From the NCBI GenBank assembly GCA_963823335.1, contig CAWGLD010000004.1:416001-480000 (forward strand): a stretch of 64,000 nucleotides of DNA. The letters are read 5' to 3'. Both the position numbers and the translations under genes were made by a program. This document shows positions 38,237 to 49,074 of this stretch, piece by piece (position 1 is the stretch's first letter; each line of letters begins with the position of its first letter). Under the pieces are notes generated by a model. That model ran no database searches and was not told the origin of the DNA. It was given only the letters and a program-made list of their open reading frames with translations. The stretch comes from an uncultured delta proteobacterium. Its GTDB lineage: Bacteria; Desulfobacterota; Desulfobacteria; Desulfobacterales; B30-G6.

Positions 38237-39729
38237 GGATCCTTCCGGCACTGCCCATATTGCTGCCCATGGCCATGGCCCTGGTCTTGTCCCTTTTGCG
38301 GAGCCACCAGCGCCGTTCCCATGGGGTTGCCCTGGCAGGGGCTGTGCTGCATCTGGCCTTGGCCATACTGCTTCTGGCCACTGTGTTGAAACAGGAAATA
38401 GCGGTTTTGTGGGTAGGGGGCTGGCCAGCACCCTTTGGCATCTGTCTGGTTGCCGATTACCTGAGCGCGGTCATGGTGTTGATCACCGCCATAATCCATA
38501 CCGCCGTGATGGCATATGCCCGCTATGACATCGACCCCGTTCAGGTGCGTACCGGCTTCTACCCCTTCATGCAGATGCTGACCGCGGCCGTCTGCGGGGC
38601 CTTTCTAACCGGCGACCTGTTCAACCTCTATGTCTGGTTCGAAGTCATGCTGATAGCTTCTTTCGGGCTGCTGGTCATGGGACGTAACCCCGGCCGACTC
38701 ACCGGAGGGGTGAAATATGTTACCGTCAATTTGATCGCCACGCTTTTTTTCATTACCGCCATCGGGTTGATCTACGGATTGACCGGCACCTTAAACATGG
38801 CCGATCTGCATGCCAAAGCCGCCGGAGTGGAGAACACAGCCCTGCTTACCGCTACCGGTATGTTACTGATGGTCGCTTTCGGCATCAAGGCAGCCCTTTT
38901 TCCCCTTTTTTTCTGGTTGCCAGCCGCGTATCACACGCTGCCGGTGTCGGTATCGGCCTTCTTTGCCGGCATGTTGAGCAAGGTGGGCGTCTATGCCCTG
39001 ATTCGCATGTTTACCCTGGTCTTTACGTCCAACATCGGGGTCACCCATGCTACCCTGCTGGTTGTCGCGGCCCTGACCATGGTCTTCGGTGTGGTGGGTG
39101 CCGCATCCCAAATGGAGATGCGCCGCATCCTCTCCTTTCATATCATCAGTCAGGTGGGGTATATGGTACTCGGCCTCGCCCTGTTTACACCCTTGGCCCT
39201 GGCCGGCACTATTGTCTACTTGATCCACCACATCGTCGTCAAAGCGAACCTTTTCCTGGTCAGCGGATTGGTACGGCACACCGGAGGGTCCTTCAACCTT
39301 AAAACAATTGGCGGACTATACAAAACCAACGGACTTCTGGCAGTTGGTTTTATCATTCCGGCCTTTGCCCTGGCCGGCTTTCCCCCCTTGTCCGGATTCT
39401 GGGCCAAGCTGCTTATCATTAAAGCCTGCCTGGAGAGCCAGCAGTACTCACTGGCGGTCCTGTCGGCAGCTGTTGGCCTGCTGACCGTCTTTTCCATGAT
39501 CAAGATCTGGTCCGAAGCTTTCTGGAAGCCGACGCCGGCCGAGGTAAACGGTTCGCCCATCAGGCGTCCCCTGTCCCCATGGATGCTCGTCCCGGTCTTG
39601 TCTCTAGCTTTAGTGACGGTGCTGTTGGGGCTTTGCATGGAGCCGGTGATTCAATTTTCCATGGTAGCGGCCGGACAGTTGATGGAACCACAGGTTTACA
39701 TCCGTGCGGTATTGGGAGGGCAACCATGA
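38233..39729 (+). CDS. mrpD: Mrp subunit D
   Basis: GGWPAPFGI, TGDLFNLYVWFEV, WLPAAY, GFPPLSGFWAK. Confidence 0.93.
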   Translation: MRILPALPILLPMAMALVLSLLRSHQRRSHGVALAGAVLHLALAILLLATVLKQEIAVLWVGGWPAPFGICLVADYLSAVMVLITAIIHTAVMAYARYDIDPVQVRTGFYPFMQMLTAAVCGAFLTGDLFNLYVWFEVMLIASFGLLVMGRNPGRLTGGVKYVTVNLIATLFFITAIGLIYGLTGTLNMADLHAKAAGVENTALLTATGMLLMVAFGIKAALFPLFFWLPAAYHTLPVSVSAFFAGMLSKVGVYALIRMFTLVFTSNIGVTHATLLVVAALTMVFGVVGAASQMEMRRILSFHIISQVGYMVLGLALFTPLALAGTIVYLIHHIVVKANLFLVSGLVRHTGGSFNLKTIGGLYKTNGLLAVGFIIPAFALAGFPPLSGFWAKLLIIKACLESQQYSLAVLSAAVGLLTVFSMIKIWSEAFWKPTPAEVNGSPIRRPLSPWMLVPVLSLALVTVLLGLCMEPVIQFSMVAAGQLMEPQVYIRAVLGGQP

Positions 39730-40202
39730 GCCTGCTGATCCTCAACCTTTTGTTTGCCGGTGTGTTTATGATCCTTCTGGGCAGCGGTAGCATTGGCGTT
39801 TTTCTGTCCGGCTTTGCGATAGGGTATACCGCCCTTTGGCTTTCAAAACCCTTGTACCAAAACAAGCGCTATTTCATGACATTGCCCAAAACCATCAATC
39901 TGATGGGCTATTTCCTCAAGGAGCTGATTGTTTCCAATCTTCGCGTCCTTTGGGATGTGATTACTCCCAGACATATAAACCGGCCAGGGATCATCGGCAT
40001 TCCGCTTGCAGCTCAAACAGACCTGGAAATTTTTGTCGTTGCCAGCCTGATTTCACTGACCCCGGGCACATTGAGCGTGGATCTGTCCGAAGACCGTAAA
40101 ACATTATTCGTCCATGTAATGTTTCTGGATGATGTAGAAAAATCCCGCGCCGAAATAAAGAACGGCCTGGAAAGGCGAATCCTGGAGGTTATGCGAAGAT
40201 GA
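39726..40202 (+). CDS. mrpE: Mrp subunit E
   Basis: ISLTPGTL, LFVH; ATGA overlap with the mrpD stop. Confidence 0.92.
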   Translation: MSLLILNLLFAGVFMILLGSGSIGVFLSGFAIGYTALWLSKPLYQNKRYFMTLPKTINLMGYFLKELIVSNLRVLWDVITPRHINRPGIIGIPLAAQTDLEIFVVASLISLTPGTLSVDLSEDRKTLFVHVMFLDDVEKSRAEIKNGLERRILEVMRR

Positions 40203-40519
40203 TATATGCAAATAACTTTATCGATCTTGCCGGCCTAGCCGCATTGGCTATGCTCCTGGTCAGCATGATCTTGGTGCTCTGGCGGATGGCCAGGGGGCCC
40301 ACGGCTGCCGACCGCGTGATCGCTCTAGACCTGCTATCCATGCTGGTGGTGGCCTTTCTGGTGACGGTATCCATTCATGCCCGTGAGACCAGCTATCTCG
40401 ATGTGGCCATTGCCTATGCTTGTATCGCGTTTTTGGGAACCGTAGCACTGGCCCGCTACATCTCGCGGACTTCATGGAAACGGCCCGAGAAGAAACAAGG
40501 AGACCAAAGGAATGGTTGA
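40199..40519 (+). CDS. mrpF: Mrp subunit F
   Basis: RGPTAADRVIALD, FLGTVALARY. Confidence 0.93.
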   Translation: MIYANNFIDLAGLAALAMLLVSMILVLWRMARGPTAADRVIALDLLSMLVVAFLVTVSIHARETSYLDVAIAYACIAFLGTVALARYISRTSWKRPEKKQGDQRNG

Positions 40520-40847
40520 CTATGTCACAGGACTACTCATGGTATTAGGAAGTATCTTCTGCCTGGTGGCGGCCGTGGGGATCGTTCGTCTGCCCGACGC
40601 CCTGACACGCATGCACGCAGCCACGAAAGCGGGCACCCTCGGTACCGGACTGCTGATCATCGCCGAAGCACTTTTCTACCGGCAACTGGGCATTTCACTG
40701 CGAGCCGCCACCGTCATAGTGCTGGTGCTGCTGACGGCCCCGGTGGCTGCCCATCTCATCGGACGAGCCTTTTATCACAGTGGTGAGCCCCTATCAGACC
40801 GTACCTGGATCGACGAACTAAGAAGCCAAAAAAGAGAAAAATTTTAG
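40512..40847 (+). CDS. mrpG: Mrp subunit G
   Basis: RLPD..TRMHAATKAGTLG, TAPVAAH. Confidence 0.93.
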   Translation: MVDYVTGLLMVLGSIFCLVAAVGIVRLPDALTRMHAATKAGTLGTGLLIIAEALFYRQLGISLRAATVIVLVLLTAPVAAHLIGRAFYHSGEPLSDRTWIDELRSQKREKF

Positions 40848-41266
40848 CTGTCCGAAAAAAAAGCGAAACTCTATTATTATCATTCCGCGTCGGCCATTTA
40901 GTAGATGAATTAAGTTTTGCTTTTCCAAAATGATTGCCAGATGCCACTGCGGAATAGTATGCCTGTTACATTCGGGGGTCTAATTTTGATTCATAGCGGC
41001 ATATTACCCCATGGCAAAATAAAAACAAGTGTATAAAATGAGGCAGAAGATTACAAATTCGATTGGCAACTGGATCATCAAGGGTGGATGTAAAGACTTT
41101 ATCAAATTCAGAGATTGCCCTTGGGCGTTGATTATGATTTAACCTATTAAATCAATATGGTATGCTAAATAGTTTCTAATCTTCACCTATGAGGTTACAT
41201 TTCTGGCAATAAGTATGGCCCTTAGAACATCAAGGATAGTTAAGGATTAAATCCCAGTCGATACAA

Positions 41267-41548
41267 TTAGTAGGTAACGTCGAAGGTCTCGAACTCACCG
41301 GTATAGTCCTGCCAGATCACATCCACCTTGCTGACCATGGCACGCGGAGATCCTGTTTGGCACCACGCCAGCGCGGCTTTTACATCGACTTCCTCGCCTT
41401 CGAACACCGCTTCCACCGAACCATCCATTTTGTTCCGGACCCAGCCGGTAACCCCGAAACCCTCTGCTGCTTCCTTGGTTTCCACCCGGAAAAAGACGCC
41501 CTGTACTTTTCCGGTTATAATGGCATGGGCCCTGATCTTGTTTTCCAT
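41267..41548 (-). CDS. acyP: Acylphosphatase
   Basis: GKVQGVFFR, GWVRN..DGSVE. Confidence 0.93.
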   Translation of the reverse strand: MENKIRAHAIITGKVQGVFFRVETKEAAEGFGVTGWVRNKMDGSVEAVFEGEEVDVKAALAWCQTGSPRAMVSKVDVIWQDYTGEFETFDVTY

Positions 41549-41550
41549 GG

Positions 41551-43386
41551 TTAGCCCCTCTCGTTGAGAGCAATGTATTCTTCTTCGGACAGGATCGTGA
41601 CGTTCAGGGTACGCGCTTTCTCAAGCTTGGCCGCCCCCACCTTCTCGCCACACACCAGTATGTCGGTGGAACTGCTCACCGCTGTCTGCACCCTGGCTCC
41701 CAGTCGTCGCGCATCCGCCTGCATGGCCTCACGGGTGCCGTGCAGCATTTTACCGGTGAAGACAATACCCTTGCCGGCAACGGCGCTTTCGACCGTCTGT
41801 GTCTCATGAACAAGGGGCGTGGTTACAAGGTTGAAGCCGAGGGCCAGCATGTGGTCGATGGTCTTTCTGAGATCCTGAATACCTTTGTGGATGGACTGGC
41901 TTGTTATGCCCCCGAAGCCGTTGATACCCTCGATGCGTGTACGATCCGCTTCCAGGAGGTCCTGGAGCGTCATGTGGGAAAGCAGCTTCCTGCTGTCTCC
42001 GGTTCCCAGGTTCGAAATTCCCAGGGCCGCCAGAAACCGCCAGTCTTCCACGGCTTTGTTCCTGCTGATATGCAGGGCCTCTACCAGATTTTTTGACTGC
42101 ACAGGCCCGAACCCCATGTCAGTGAATTCCGCTTCCGTCAAAGCGTAGATCTTCTCCAGACAATCGTATCCACTTTCCACTAGCTTCTGTATGGTTTTGA
42201 TGCCGAACCAATCCGCGTTCCCAAGGGTTTTAAACCAGTGGCTGATACCCTGTTCCATCTGAGCCCGGCACAAACGATTGTCGCATTTCAGAAAATCATT
42301 CTGCCACACTAGCTTCGTCAAGCACACCGGGCACACTGACGGAAGAGCAACGTCCTGGGATGGTTTCAAAACCTTTTCCAACTTGGGAATGACTTCACCG
42401 CTCCTGATGATTTCAATTTCCGAACCCGGCCCTATTTTTTCTTTGAGCACCATACCCGCATGGTGAGCGGTGACCCTCCGAATTGTGGCACCCGAAAGGG
42501 AGATGGGTTCGACCTCCATGACCGGTGTGATATTTCCGGTTCTGCCCACCTGCCAGGTAACTGCATGCACCACCGTGACGGCGGTGTCACCCTTTGTCTT
42601 GATGGCGATCTGCCAGCGGTAGTGGTGGGCGGTGGCGCCCATGGTTTCCCTGATCTCCGGGTTCATCACTTCGGCAACCGCACCGTCCATGGGGTAGTCT
42701 GTCTGATGGGCCAGATCCGCCAGAATCGTATCGATATTGCACAGCATGGTATCCGCATCGCCTTCCCAGGAAGCAAGCTGACTGTATGGCACAAAATGGA
42801 CCGCCTGATCCTCAAGGGCCTTTCGAGCCGATTCATTCAAGGTGTCCGAGGAGACAATACCCACCACCATGTTGCGGGGATGCTCGAACGAACCGGACAG
42901 CTGTTCGTCAAAATAGGCTTTCTTGATAACGATCTCGCCGACACCCAGCCCCCGTCCCCCCACAGGAAAGACGCCTTTTGAAAATGCATTGCTGATATCG
43001 TAACCGACTTCTCCGTTTCCTCTGGAAGCCAGAACCCTGCCATCGTCCCGCCCGGCAAGACCATCCAGCTTCGGGGTAACCCGGTAGACAATATCTTCTA
43101 TGAGCATGTCTTTGGCCACTTTGGACACCCGCGTAACGAATCGCTCCAAGGCCTCTTTGGTATAGGCCTTGTCCGTGGACAGCATAGGTATTGGATGCCG
43201 GATTTCATTTTTGCCAGAAAATGTCTCGGGCTCCACGGCATGCAGAAAAGGATGGCCGGGATCGAGACTGCGCAGCTCCTCCACCAGCCGGTCATAATCA
43301 GCATCGCTGACAAGGGGTGAACCCTTTCGGTAGGCTTCGTTGTAAACCGACAATTTTCGGAGAATTTCGTCGATACTGTCCGTCAT
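41551..43386 (-). CDS. NAD-dependent DNA ligase family protein, compact form (611 aa)
   Basis: SDADYD, H..PMLS, KLDG, PRN, WQVGRTG.ITPV, RSGEVIP, C4 zinc finger, HhH repeats, BRCT (VFTG...KLEKA). Confidence 0.85.
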   Translation of the reverse strand: MTDSIDEILRKLSVYNEAYRKGSPLVSDADYDRLVEELRSLDPGHPFLHAVEPETFSGKNEIRHPIPMLSTDKAYTKEALERFVTRVSKVAKDMLIEDIVYRVTPKLDGLAGRDDGRVLASRGNGEVGYDISNAFSKGVFPVGGRGLGVGEIVIKKAYFDEQLSGSFEHPRNMVVGIVSSDTLNESARKALEDQAVHFVPYSQLASWEGDADTMLCNIDTILADLAHQTDYPMDGAVAEVMNPEIRETMGATAHHYRWQIAIKTKGDTAVTVVHAVTWQVGRTGNITPVMEVEPISLSGATIRRVTAHHAGMVLKEKIGPGSEIEIIRSGEVIPKLEKVLKPSQDVALPSVCPVCLTKLVWQNDFLKCDNRLCRAQMEQGISHWFKTLGNADWFGIKTIQKLVESGYDCLEKIYALTEAEFTDMGFGPVQSKNLVEALHISRNKAVEDWRFLAALGISNLGTGDSRKLLSHMTLQDLLEADRTRIEGINGFGGITSQSIHKGIQDLRKTIDHMLALGFNLVTTPLVHETQTVESAVAGKGIVFTGKMLHGTREAMQADARRLGARVQTAVSSSTDILVCGEKVGAAKLEKARTLNVTILSEEEYIALNERG

Positions 43387-44129
43387 GTCAGTCCCTCACA
43401 CAGTTTTCCGACAATCATCGCCGCATCTTTTCGTGCTTGCCTGAATCGCTCACTTTTAAATCCAGGTTTCCAGGTCAGGCTGGAGAGTTCGTCAGACACC
43501 ACCAGAAGACCGGCCACATCCACGCCGTGAAACATGCCCACGGACAACAGGGCCGACAGTTCCATTTCCACGGCCAGAACACCTCTTTTCTGAAAAGATC
43601 GAACCGCCTCCCGGGTTTCCCGAAAGGCCGCATCCGTGGTCCAAACCAGACCCTCATGAAAGGTTATTCGTTCCGATTTCAGGGTCTGCCGGGTTTTTCC
43701 CAGGATAAGAGTTGACGGTACCACAAGATCCAAAGTCTTTTGCTGATAGTGAAGAGAAGTACCCTCGTCCACCAGGGCACCATTAGGAACAATCATGTCA
43801 CCGATGTGGACCTTTTTTGATATGGCACCACACCATCCCATGAAAACGATTCGTGTAACGCCCCAGGCGATCAGTGTTTCCAGGATCATGGTCCCATAGG
43901 GCGCTCCGATAAAAGGCCCGCACAGGGACATGCCGGCACTCCGGCCGGATCCAACCGCGAGACTGGCCGTGTAGAGATGCCGGTTGCCCAGGTCTTCAAA
44001 CTCCATGAGGCCTTTGAGCAATTGAAAGTCCGGCGTGGTTGCCGCCATCACGGAGACAGGCCCGAGTTCGGGCGTGTTCCGGGTCTTGACGGGTCTGATC
44101 ACAGGTGTGGAATCAGGTGAGGAAGGCAT
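43383..44129 (-). CDS. Nucleoside phosphorylase (PNP/UDP family 1)
   Basis: IGAP, GWCGA, DEGTSLHY, WTTDA.FRET, AVEME, VVSD. Confidence 0.88.
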   Translation of the reverse strand: MPSSPDSTPVIRPVKTRNTPELGPVSVMAATTPDFQLLKGLMEFEDLGNRHLYTASLAVGSGRSAGMSLCGPFIGAPYGTMILETLIAWGVTRIVFMGWCGAISKKVHIGDMIVPNGALVDEGTSLHYQQKTLDLVVPSTLILGKTRQTLKSERITFHEGLVWTTDAAFRETREAVRSFQKRGVLAVEMELSALLSVGMFHGVDVAGLLVVSDELSSLTWKPGFKSERFRQARKDAAMIVGKLCEGLT

Positions 44130-44256
44130 CTTCTCCCATTGCAAGATTACGTTAGTAAAGAATCCAAGTACAGAGAACAAGGCATTGGTTTGCCCCTACA
44201 AGGGGTTTTTTCTCCAAGAGTGCGATCCAGAGAATTCAGAAATTACAGAAAATAAT

Positions 44257-44405
44257 TTGAACGTCGAACATCGAACACTCAACATGCAATGTCGAATGTA
44301 GACAGCGGTCGTGCAGGGCAGGCGCTTGTGTTGAGTGTTACCTTGTTCCCTTATAGAAAAAGATAGAATAGCATTTAGCTTCGATGTTCGATGTTGGGCG
44401 TTCAT
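44257..44405. repeat. Inverted pair of 7-bp tandem repeat tracts (AACATCG / CGATGTT)
   Basis: TGAACGTCGAACATCGAACACTCAACAT ... TTCGATGTTCGATGTTGGGCGTTCA. Confidence 0.75.
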
Positions 44406-44419
44406 CTTTAACGTTCAGC

Positions 44420-44674
44420 TTATACCGGTGCAGCCAGCCTCGTTAATGTCTCCTTCACCTCATCGATCACGTCATACAACCATAACACATCTTCCACGGT
44501 CAATCGGCCGGCCTTCATGGGCGCCCTTTCGCCCCCTTCCTTTTTCATCAGAATTCGGGGACCGATCTGCACCTTGGGCTGCCCTTCGTTATATTGATTG
44601 ATGGAGATGATGAGACCGGTTTCCTCACACCGCCATGTTTTCAGTACCTTATCCTTTTCAGGGTCAAACGGCAT
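44420..44674 (-). CDS. Hypothetical protein, possibly PC4/YdbC-like ssDNA-binding fold
   Basis: 84-aa ORF after GGGAGG, co-oriented with glyS; pattern ISINQYNEGQPKVQI...KAGRLTVED. Confidence 0.7.
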   Translation of the reverse strand: MPFDPEKDKVLKTWRCEETGLIISINQYNEGQPKVQIGPRILMKKEGGERAPMKAGRLTVEDVLWLYDVIDEVKETLTRLAAPV

Positions 44675-44686
44675 CGCTATCCTCCC

Positions 44687-46768
44687 TTATGAGACCGACA
44701 ATTTTGAAAAATCGGCAAATTTATCGAAAAGTTCGGCAATATTGCCGAGAAGTGCCAGCCGGTTAAGCCTGACATTCTTGTCTTCAGCCATGACCAGCAC
44801 ACCGTCAAAAAAAGCATCCACGCAATCCCGCAGAGACGCAATTTCCAACAGGCCTTCTTCAAAACGGCCCTCTTCCAGGTGCGCCAGTGCCCGCTGCCTG
44901 ACATCCATAAACGCTGCAGACAAATCATGCTCTGATGGATGCTCAAACAACTGTTTGTCCACCACAACACCCTCAAAGCCCTCTGCCTTGCGGATAATGT
45001 TGACCACTCTCTTGAACGAAACCGCCAGGGGTTCAAAATCCGGCGCCCCCTTCAGTCGCTCAAGGGCATTCACCCTGCTCCATACCTCGGGCACAGCCTC
45101 TACCCCGGCACTGACCACCGCAGCGATAACGTCCTTTGAACAGCCTTCCTCCACCAACTGGCGCGACATGCGGTTTTTCAAAAAAGTGAGGACATTTTCA
45201 GCTGTCTCTGCAACATTCTTTGGGCTTTTCTCTGAAAAGAGTGCCAGCGATTTCACGATCATGTCTTTCAGCGGAATCGACAACCCCTGGTCCAGCATGA
45301 TATTGATGATACCAATACCCTGGCGCCGGAGCGCATAGGGATCGGAAGCACCGGTGGGTACCAGACCTACCGAAAAACAGCCGCATATTGAATCGATCTT
45401 ATCGGCTATCGCCAGAACGGCGCCGGTTACTGTTTTCGGAAGCGGTCCCCCCGAATAGGTGGGACGGTAATGTTCCTCTATGGCCGAGGCTACGTCTGCC
45501 GGTTCTCGGGAAAACGTGGCATAAACACGCCCCATGATTCCCTGCAGCTTGGGAAATTCTACCACCACCTGGCTCACCAGATCTGCCTTACAGAGACCGG
45601 CAGCCCGTACCACGCGTTCATGAAAAGCTGAATCAGTGGAGACCAGCCCGGCCACATAGGCACCAATTTTCATGACTCGCTGAATCTTTTCGGCCATGGT
45701 GCCGAGAGCGGCCTGAAAAAGAACGCCCCGCAGACGTTCATTCCAGGGCCCGAAAAGCACCTTCACATCACTCTGATAAAAGAATTGTGCATCCGCAAGC
45801 CGTGCTCGCAGCACCCGTTCATGCCCTCTTGCCACAAGACTGAGATCTTTGGTGCGGGTGTTGTTAACGGCGATAAAATAGGGCATCAGGTTCCCGGCAT
45901 CATCTACCACGGCAAAATATTTCTGGTGCTCCCGCATGGCCGTAATCAGGATTTCACGGGGGATGTCCAGAAAATCTTCATCAAATCTGCCGGCTGTCGC
46001 CACCGGATACTCCACAAGATTGGTGACGATATCGAGCAACTCCTCATCCGGCAGTATGTTGCCACCCACACCTGCGGCGGCGGCTTCTATTTCTCGGACT
46101 GTGTCCTTTTTTCGCACCGCCATATCCACCACCACATGGGCGGCTTGCAGTTTGTCCACATATTCTTCTGGTTCGCTGATTTTGATTTTTGACGGATTCA
46201 TGTAGCTATGGCCGTATGTGGTCCTACCACTCCTGATATTACCCAACTGGAACGGTACTATCTGAGATCCCAGTAAAGCCAGAATAGAATGGATGGGCCG
46301 CGCAAAGGTGATATTCAGTTCACCCCATTTCATGGTTTTTGGAAAGGGTATGGACAGAACAACCTCCGGCAGCATCTGCTTCAAAATGGTTCGGGTCGCC
46401 AGGCCTCGCTCCACAACCTTGGCACACACATAGGATCCCTTTTCCGTCTTTTTCAACTTGAGGGCCCCGACATCCACGCCAACCTTTTCCGCAAATTTCT
46501 GAATCGCCACGGTGGGGTTACCGGCAGCGTCATAGGCCACTTTCTGCGGCGGCCCCAGCACCTCTGTGGTCACCGTCTTCTGTCTGGTGGCAACATTATC
46601 GATCACGACAGCCAGGTGCCTCGGGGTACCGTACGTACTGACCGCTCCATTCGCGATCCGGGCGGCGGTCAGTTTGTTTTTGAGAGTTGTCGAAAGCGCT
46701 TTCAGTGCCGGTGCTATGTAACCGGCCGGTATCTCCTCGGCACCGATTTCAAGCAATAATTTCTTCAT
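44687..46768 (-). CDS. glyS: Glycine-tRNA ligase beta subunit
   Basis: [51 protein letters not shown]. Confidence 0.96.
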   Translation of the reverse strand: MKKLLLEIGAEEIPAGYIAPALKALSTTLKNKLTAARIANGAVSTYGTPRHLAVVIDNVATRQKTVTTEVLGPPQKVAYDAAGNPTVAIQKFAEKVGVDVGALKLKKTEKGSYVCAKVVERGLATRTILKQMLPEVVLSIPFPKTMKWGELNITFARPIHSILALLGSQIVPFQLGNIRSGRTTYGHSYMNPSKIKISEPEEYVDKLQAAHVVVDMAVRKKDTVREIEAAAAGVGGNILPDEELLDIVTNLVEYPVATAGRFDEDFLDIPREILITAMREHQKYFAVVDDAGNLMPYFIAVNNTRTKDLSLVARGHERVLRARLADAQFFYQSDVKVLFGPWNERLRGVLFQAALGTMAEKIQRVMKIGAYVAGLVSTDSAFHERVVRAAGLCKADLVSQVVVEFPKLQGIMGRVYATFSREPADVASAIEEHYRPTYSGGPLPKTVTGAVLAIADKIDSICGCFSVGLVPTGASDPYALRRQGIGIINIMLDQGLSIPLKDMIVKSLALFSEKSPKNVAETAENVLTFLKNRMSRQLVEEGCSKDVIAAVVSAGVEAVPEVWSRVNALERLKGAPDFEPLAVSFKRVVNIIRKAEGFEGVVVDKQLFEHPSEHDLSAAFMDVRQRALAHLEEGRFEEGLLEIASLRDCVDAFFDGVLVMAEDKNVRLNRLALLGNIAELFDKFADFSKLSVS

Positions 46769-47660
46769 ATTTTCCCCTTATAAATTCGCATTGCGAATTC
46801 ATTAATGGATACCCCATGGCTTCCCGCTGCTTCAAATAGCCTTCGGCGCAAAGCCGGGCCAGGTTCCGTATGCGCCCGATGTATCCAGTCCTTTCGGTTA
46901 CGCTGATGGCACCCCTCGCGTCCAGGAGGTTGAACGTGTGGGAGCACTTCAGACAGAATTCATAAGCAGGAATGACCAGATCCATGGCAATTGTTTTCTG
47001 CGACTCCGATTCAAACCTGGCAAACAACTCCAGAAGCATATTCACGTCGGCCTTTTCAAAATTATATGTGGATTGCTCCACTTCCTGACGGTGATGCACC
47101 TGGCCATAGGTAATCGTATCGTTCCACATGAGATCGTACACATTGTCGACCCCCTGCAGATACATGGCGATGCGCTCCAGACCATAGGTCAGCTCCACGG
47201 GAATCGGAGACAATTCCACACTCCCGGCCTGTTGAAAATACGTAAACTGCGTAATTTCCATGCCATCCAGCCACACTTCCCATCCCAGACCGGACGCGCC
47301 GAGCGTAGGAGATTCCCAGTCGTCTTCCACGAACCGGATATCATGTTCCAGAGGATCGATACCCAGAACCTTCATGCTCTGCAGGTATTGCCGCTGTACA
47401 TCCGGCGGTGAGGGCTTCAGGAGGACCTGATACTGGTAGTAATGCTGCAGCCGGTTCGGGTTCTCACCGTACCTGCCGTCTGTGGGTCGCCTGGACGGCT
47501 GAACATAGGCTACCTTCCAGGGTTCCGGTCCCAGTGCCTTCAATGTCGTATTGTGATGAAAGGTGCCGGCCCCTACCTCCAGATCGTAAGGCTGCGTAAC
47601 CACACATCCTTTCCGCGCCCAGAACGTGTCCAGCTTTAATATTACGTCTTGGAAATTCAT
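46749..47660 (-). CDS. glyQ: Glycine-tRNA ligase alpha subunit
   Basis: [33 protein letters not shown]. Confidence 0.97.
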   Translation of the reverse strand: MNFQDVILKLDTFWARKGCVVTQPYDLEVGAGTFHHNTTLKALGPEPWKVAYVQPSRRPTDGRYGENPNRLQHYYQYQVLLKPSPPDVQRQYLQSMKVLGIDPLEHDIRFVEDDWESPTLGASGLGWEVWLDGMEITQFTYFQQAGSVELSPIPVELTYGLERIAMYLQGVDNVYDLMWNDTITYGQVHHRQEVEQSTYNFEKADVNMLLELFARFESESQKTIAMDLVIPAYEFCLKCSHTFNLLDARGAISVTERTGYIGRIRNLARLCAEGYLKQREAMGYPLMNSQCEFIRGKYEEIIA

Positions 47661-47683
47661 ACTCTGTCCTCTTACATGTCTGT

Positions 47684-47885
47684 GTTTATTGGGTTCATTG
47701 AGTTTGTTGGGTTTATTGAGTTCATAACGCTGGGGAGCCTGGAGGCTGGGATGCTGCTATCTGCTTTAAGCTGTCAGCCACCCTCCAACCCTTGTATCAC
47801 CCTCGAACCCTGGAACCCTAAATAAATATCCCCGGTTTCACCAACCCAACGAACACAATGAACCCAATAAACTCAAAGAACTCTA
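47684..47885. repeat. Composite palindrome of inverted 9-mer tracts enclosing 8-mer tracts
   Basis: GTTTATTGG GTTCATTGA GTTTGTTGG GTTTATTGA ... AACCCAACG AACACAATG AACCCAATA AACTCAAAG. Confidence 0.8.
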
Positions 47886-48940
47886 GCAACCACTCCCCTG
47901 CCATCAACACCCGAATCGAGTATCTGCGCACCATTCCGCTGACGAAGAATGTTCTCCCATATCCCCCTGAGTCTGTCAATATCTTCCACGGCTCCCAATG
48001 CCCAGACACATCCGCCGCCTCCGGCCCCTGTAAATCGAACCCCACAGGCGTTTTCCACTGCCGATGCCCGCAATTGCTCTCCCATCTCGTCGAAGACTTC
48101 CGGTGTCATCTCCCGCCGAAGTGCCACCTCTCTGTTCATGCAGCGTGCCGCCTCCCTATAATTCTGGCCAATCATGGCATCAATAAATTGTTGGGTAATA
48201 CGGCAGATTTCCTCCCATTTTTGGCGATGCTTCCCGGCGATGAACTGTCTGACCCACTGGTTGTTGACATCTTTGGAAACATGCGGCACCCCGCAATAGG
48301 CCACCAGGATGTGCGACTCGATCTCAGGAAAACGGCGTGGTTCCACAACGGTAACTTTTTGAAATGACCGGCCGACACCCTCCTGAGCCCAATACCAGGC
48401 ATGGATACCTCCATAGGCTGCTGCCAGATGATCCTGAAGACCGCAGGGTACGCCTGCCACGCTGCCCTCCAGAGCATGGGCCAGCAAAGCTGTTTCCTGA
48501 ACCGGGGTCGCTGCTGCCCCCGCGGTGGCGAGAACGGCCTGAAACGCCGCTGCCAGGGCAACCGCCGCTGATGAAGATCCTCCCAGGGCACTCCTGGGAG
48601 GTGAGGCAGAGACAATGGAAATTTCTACTCCGTCTGCACTGAAATAGGTGGCAATGGCAAACATCAAACCCAGGGGAGGATCAAAAGGCGCCTGAGACAG
48701 TGAAAACGTTGTGGGTTCAAACCCTCTGGAGTTGATCTGCGTGACACCTTCTCGACCCGGCGTAACCCTTACCGTTGTCCGCATATCAAGAGCAATGTTA
48801 AAGGTACACGGCCTGAAACGTCTCAGGGGCAGATAAAATGTGCTCAGGTCCAAGGTCCCGCCCATGTCGATGCGACAGGGCGCCGAAGCCTCAACGTATC
48901 GGTCTTTCAAGAGATCTCTGATAGGTATCGTCATGGTCAT
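47873..48940 (-). CDS. GHMP-family sugar kinase (HddA/galactokinase-like)
   Basis: APCRIDMGGTLD, SPPRSALGGSSS, CGLQD, TGAGGGG. Confidence 0.85.
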   Translation of the reverse strand: MTMTIPIRDLLKDRYVEASAPCRIDMGGTLDLSTFYLPLRRFRPCTFNIALDMRTTVRVTPGREGVTQINSRGFEPTTFSLSQAPFDPPLGLMFAIATYFSADGVEISIVSASPPRSALGGSSSAAVALAAAFQAVLATAGAAATPVQETALLAHALEGSVAGVPCGLQDHLAAAYGGIHAWYWAQEGVGRSFQKVTVVEPRRFPEIESHILVAYCGVPHVSKDVNNQWVRQFIAGKHRQKWEEICRITQQFIDAMIGQNYREAARCMNREVALRREMTPEVFDEMGEQLRASAVENACGVRFTGAGGGGCVWALGAVEDIDRLRGIWENILRQRNGAQILDSGVDGRGVVARVL

Positions 48941-48949
48941 ATCATTATG

Positions 48950-49046
48950 TTGTTCGTTGCGTTTATTGGGTTCATTGGGTGATAAGCAATATGCGATAAG
49001 CTGTAAGCTATAAGCGGCTTAAAGCTTATGGCTTACAGCGTATTGC
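48950..49046. repeat. 9-mer tract followed by a hairpin of 7-mer repeats
   Basis: GTTTATTGGGTTCATTG; GCTGTAAGCTATAAGC / GCTTATGGCTTACAGC stem. Confidence 0.75.
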
Positions 49047-49074
49047 TCTCATCGATCACCTGGACCCTTCTTTT

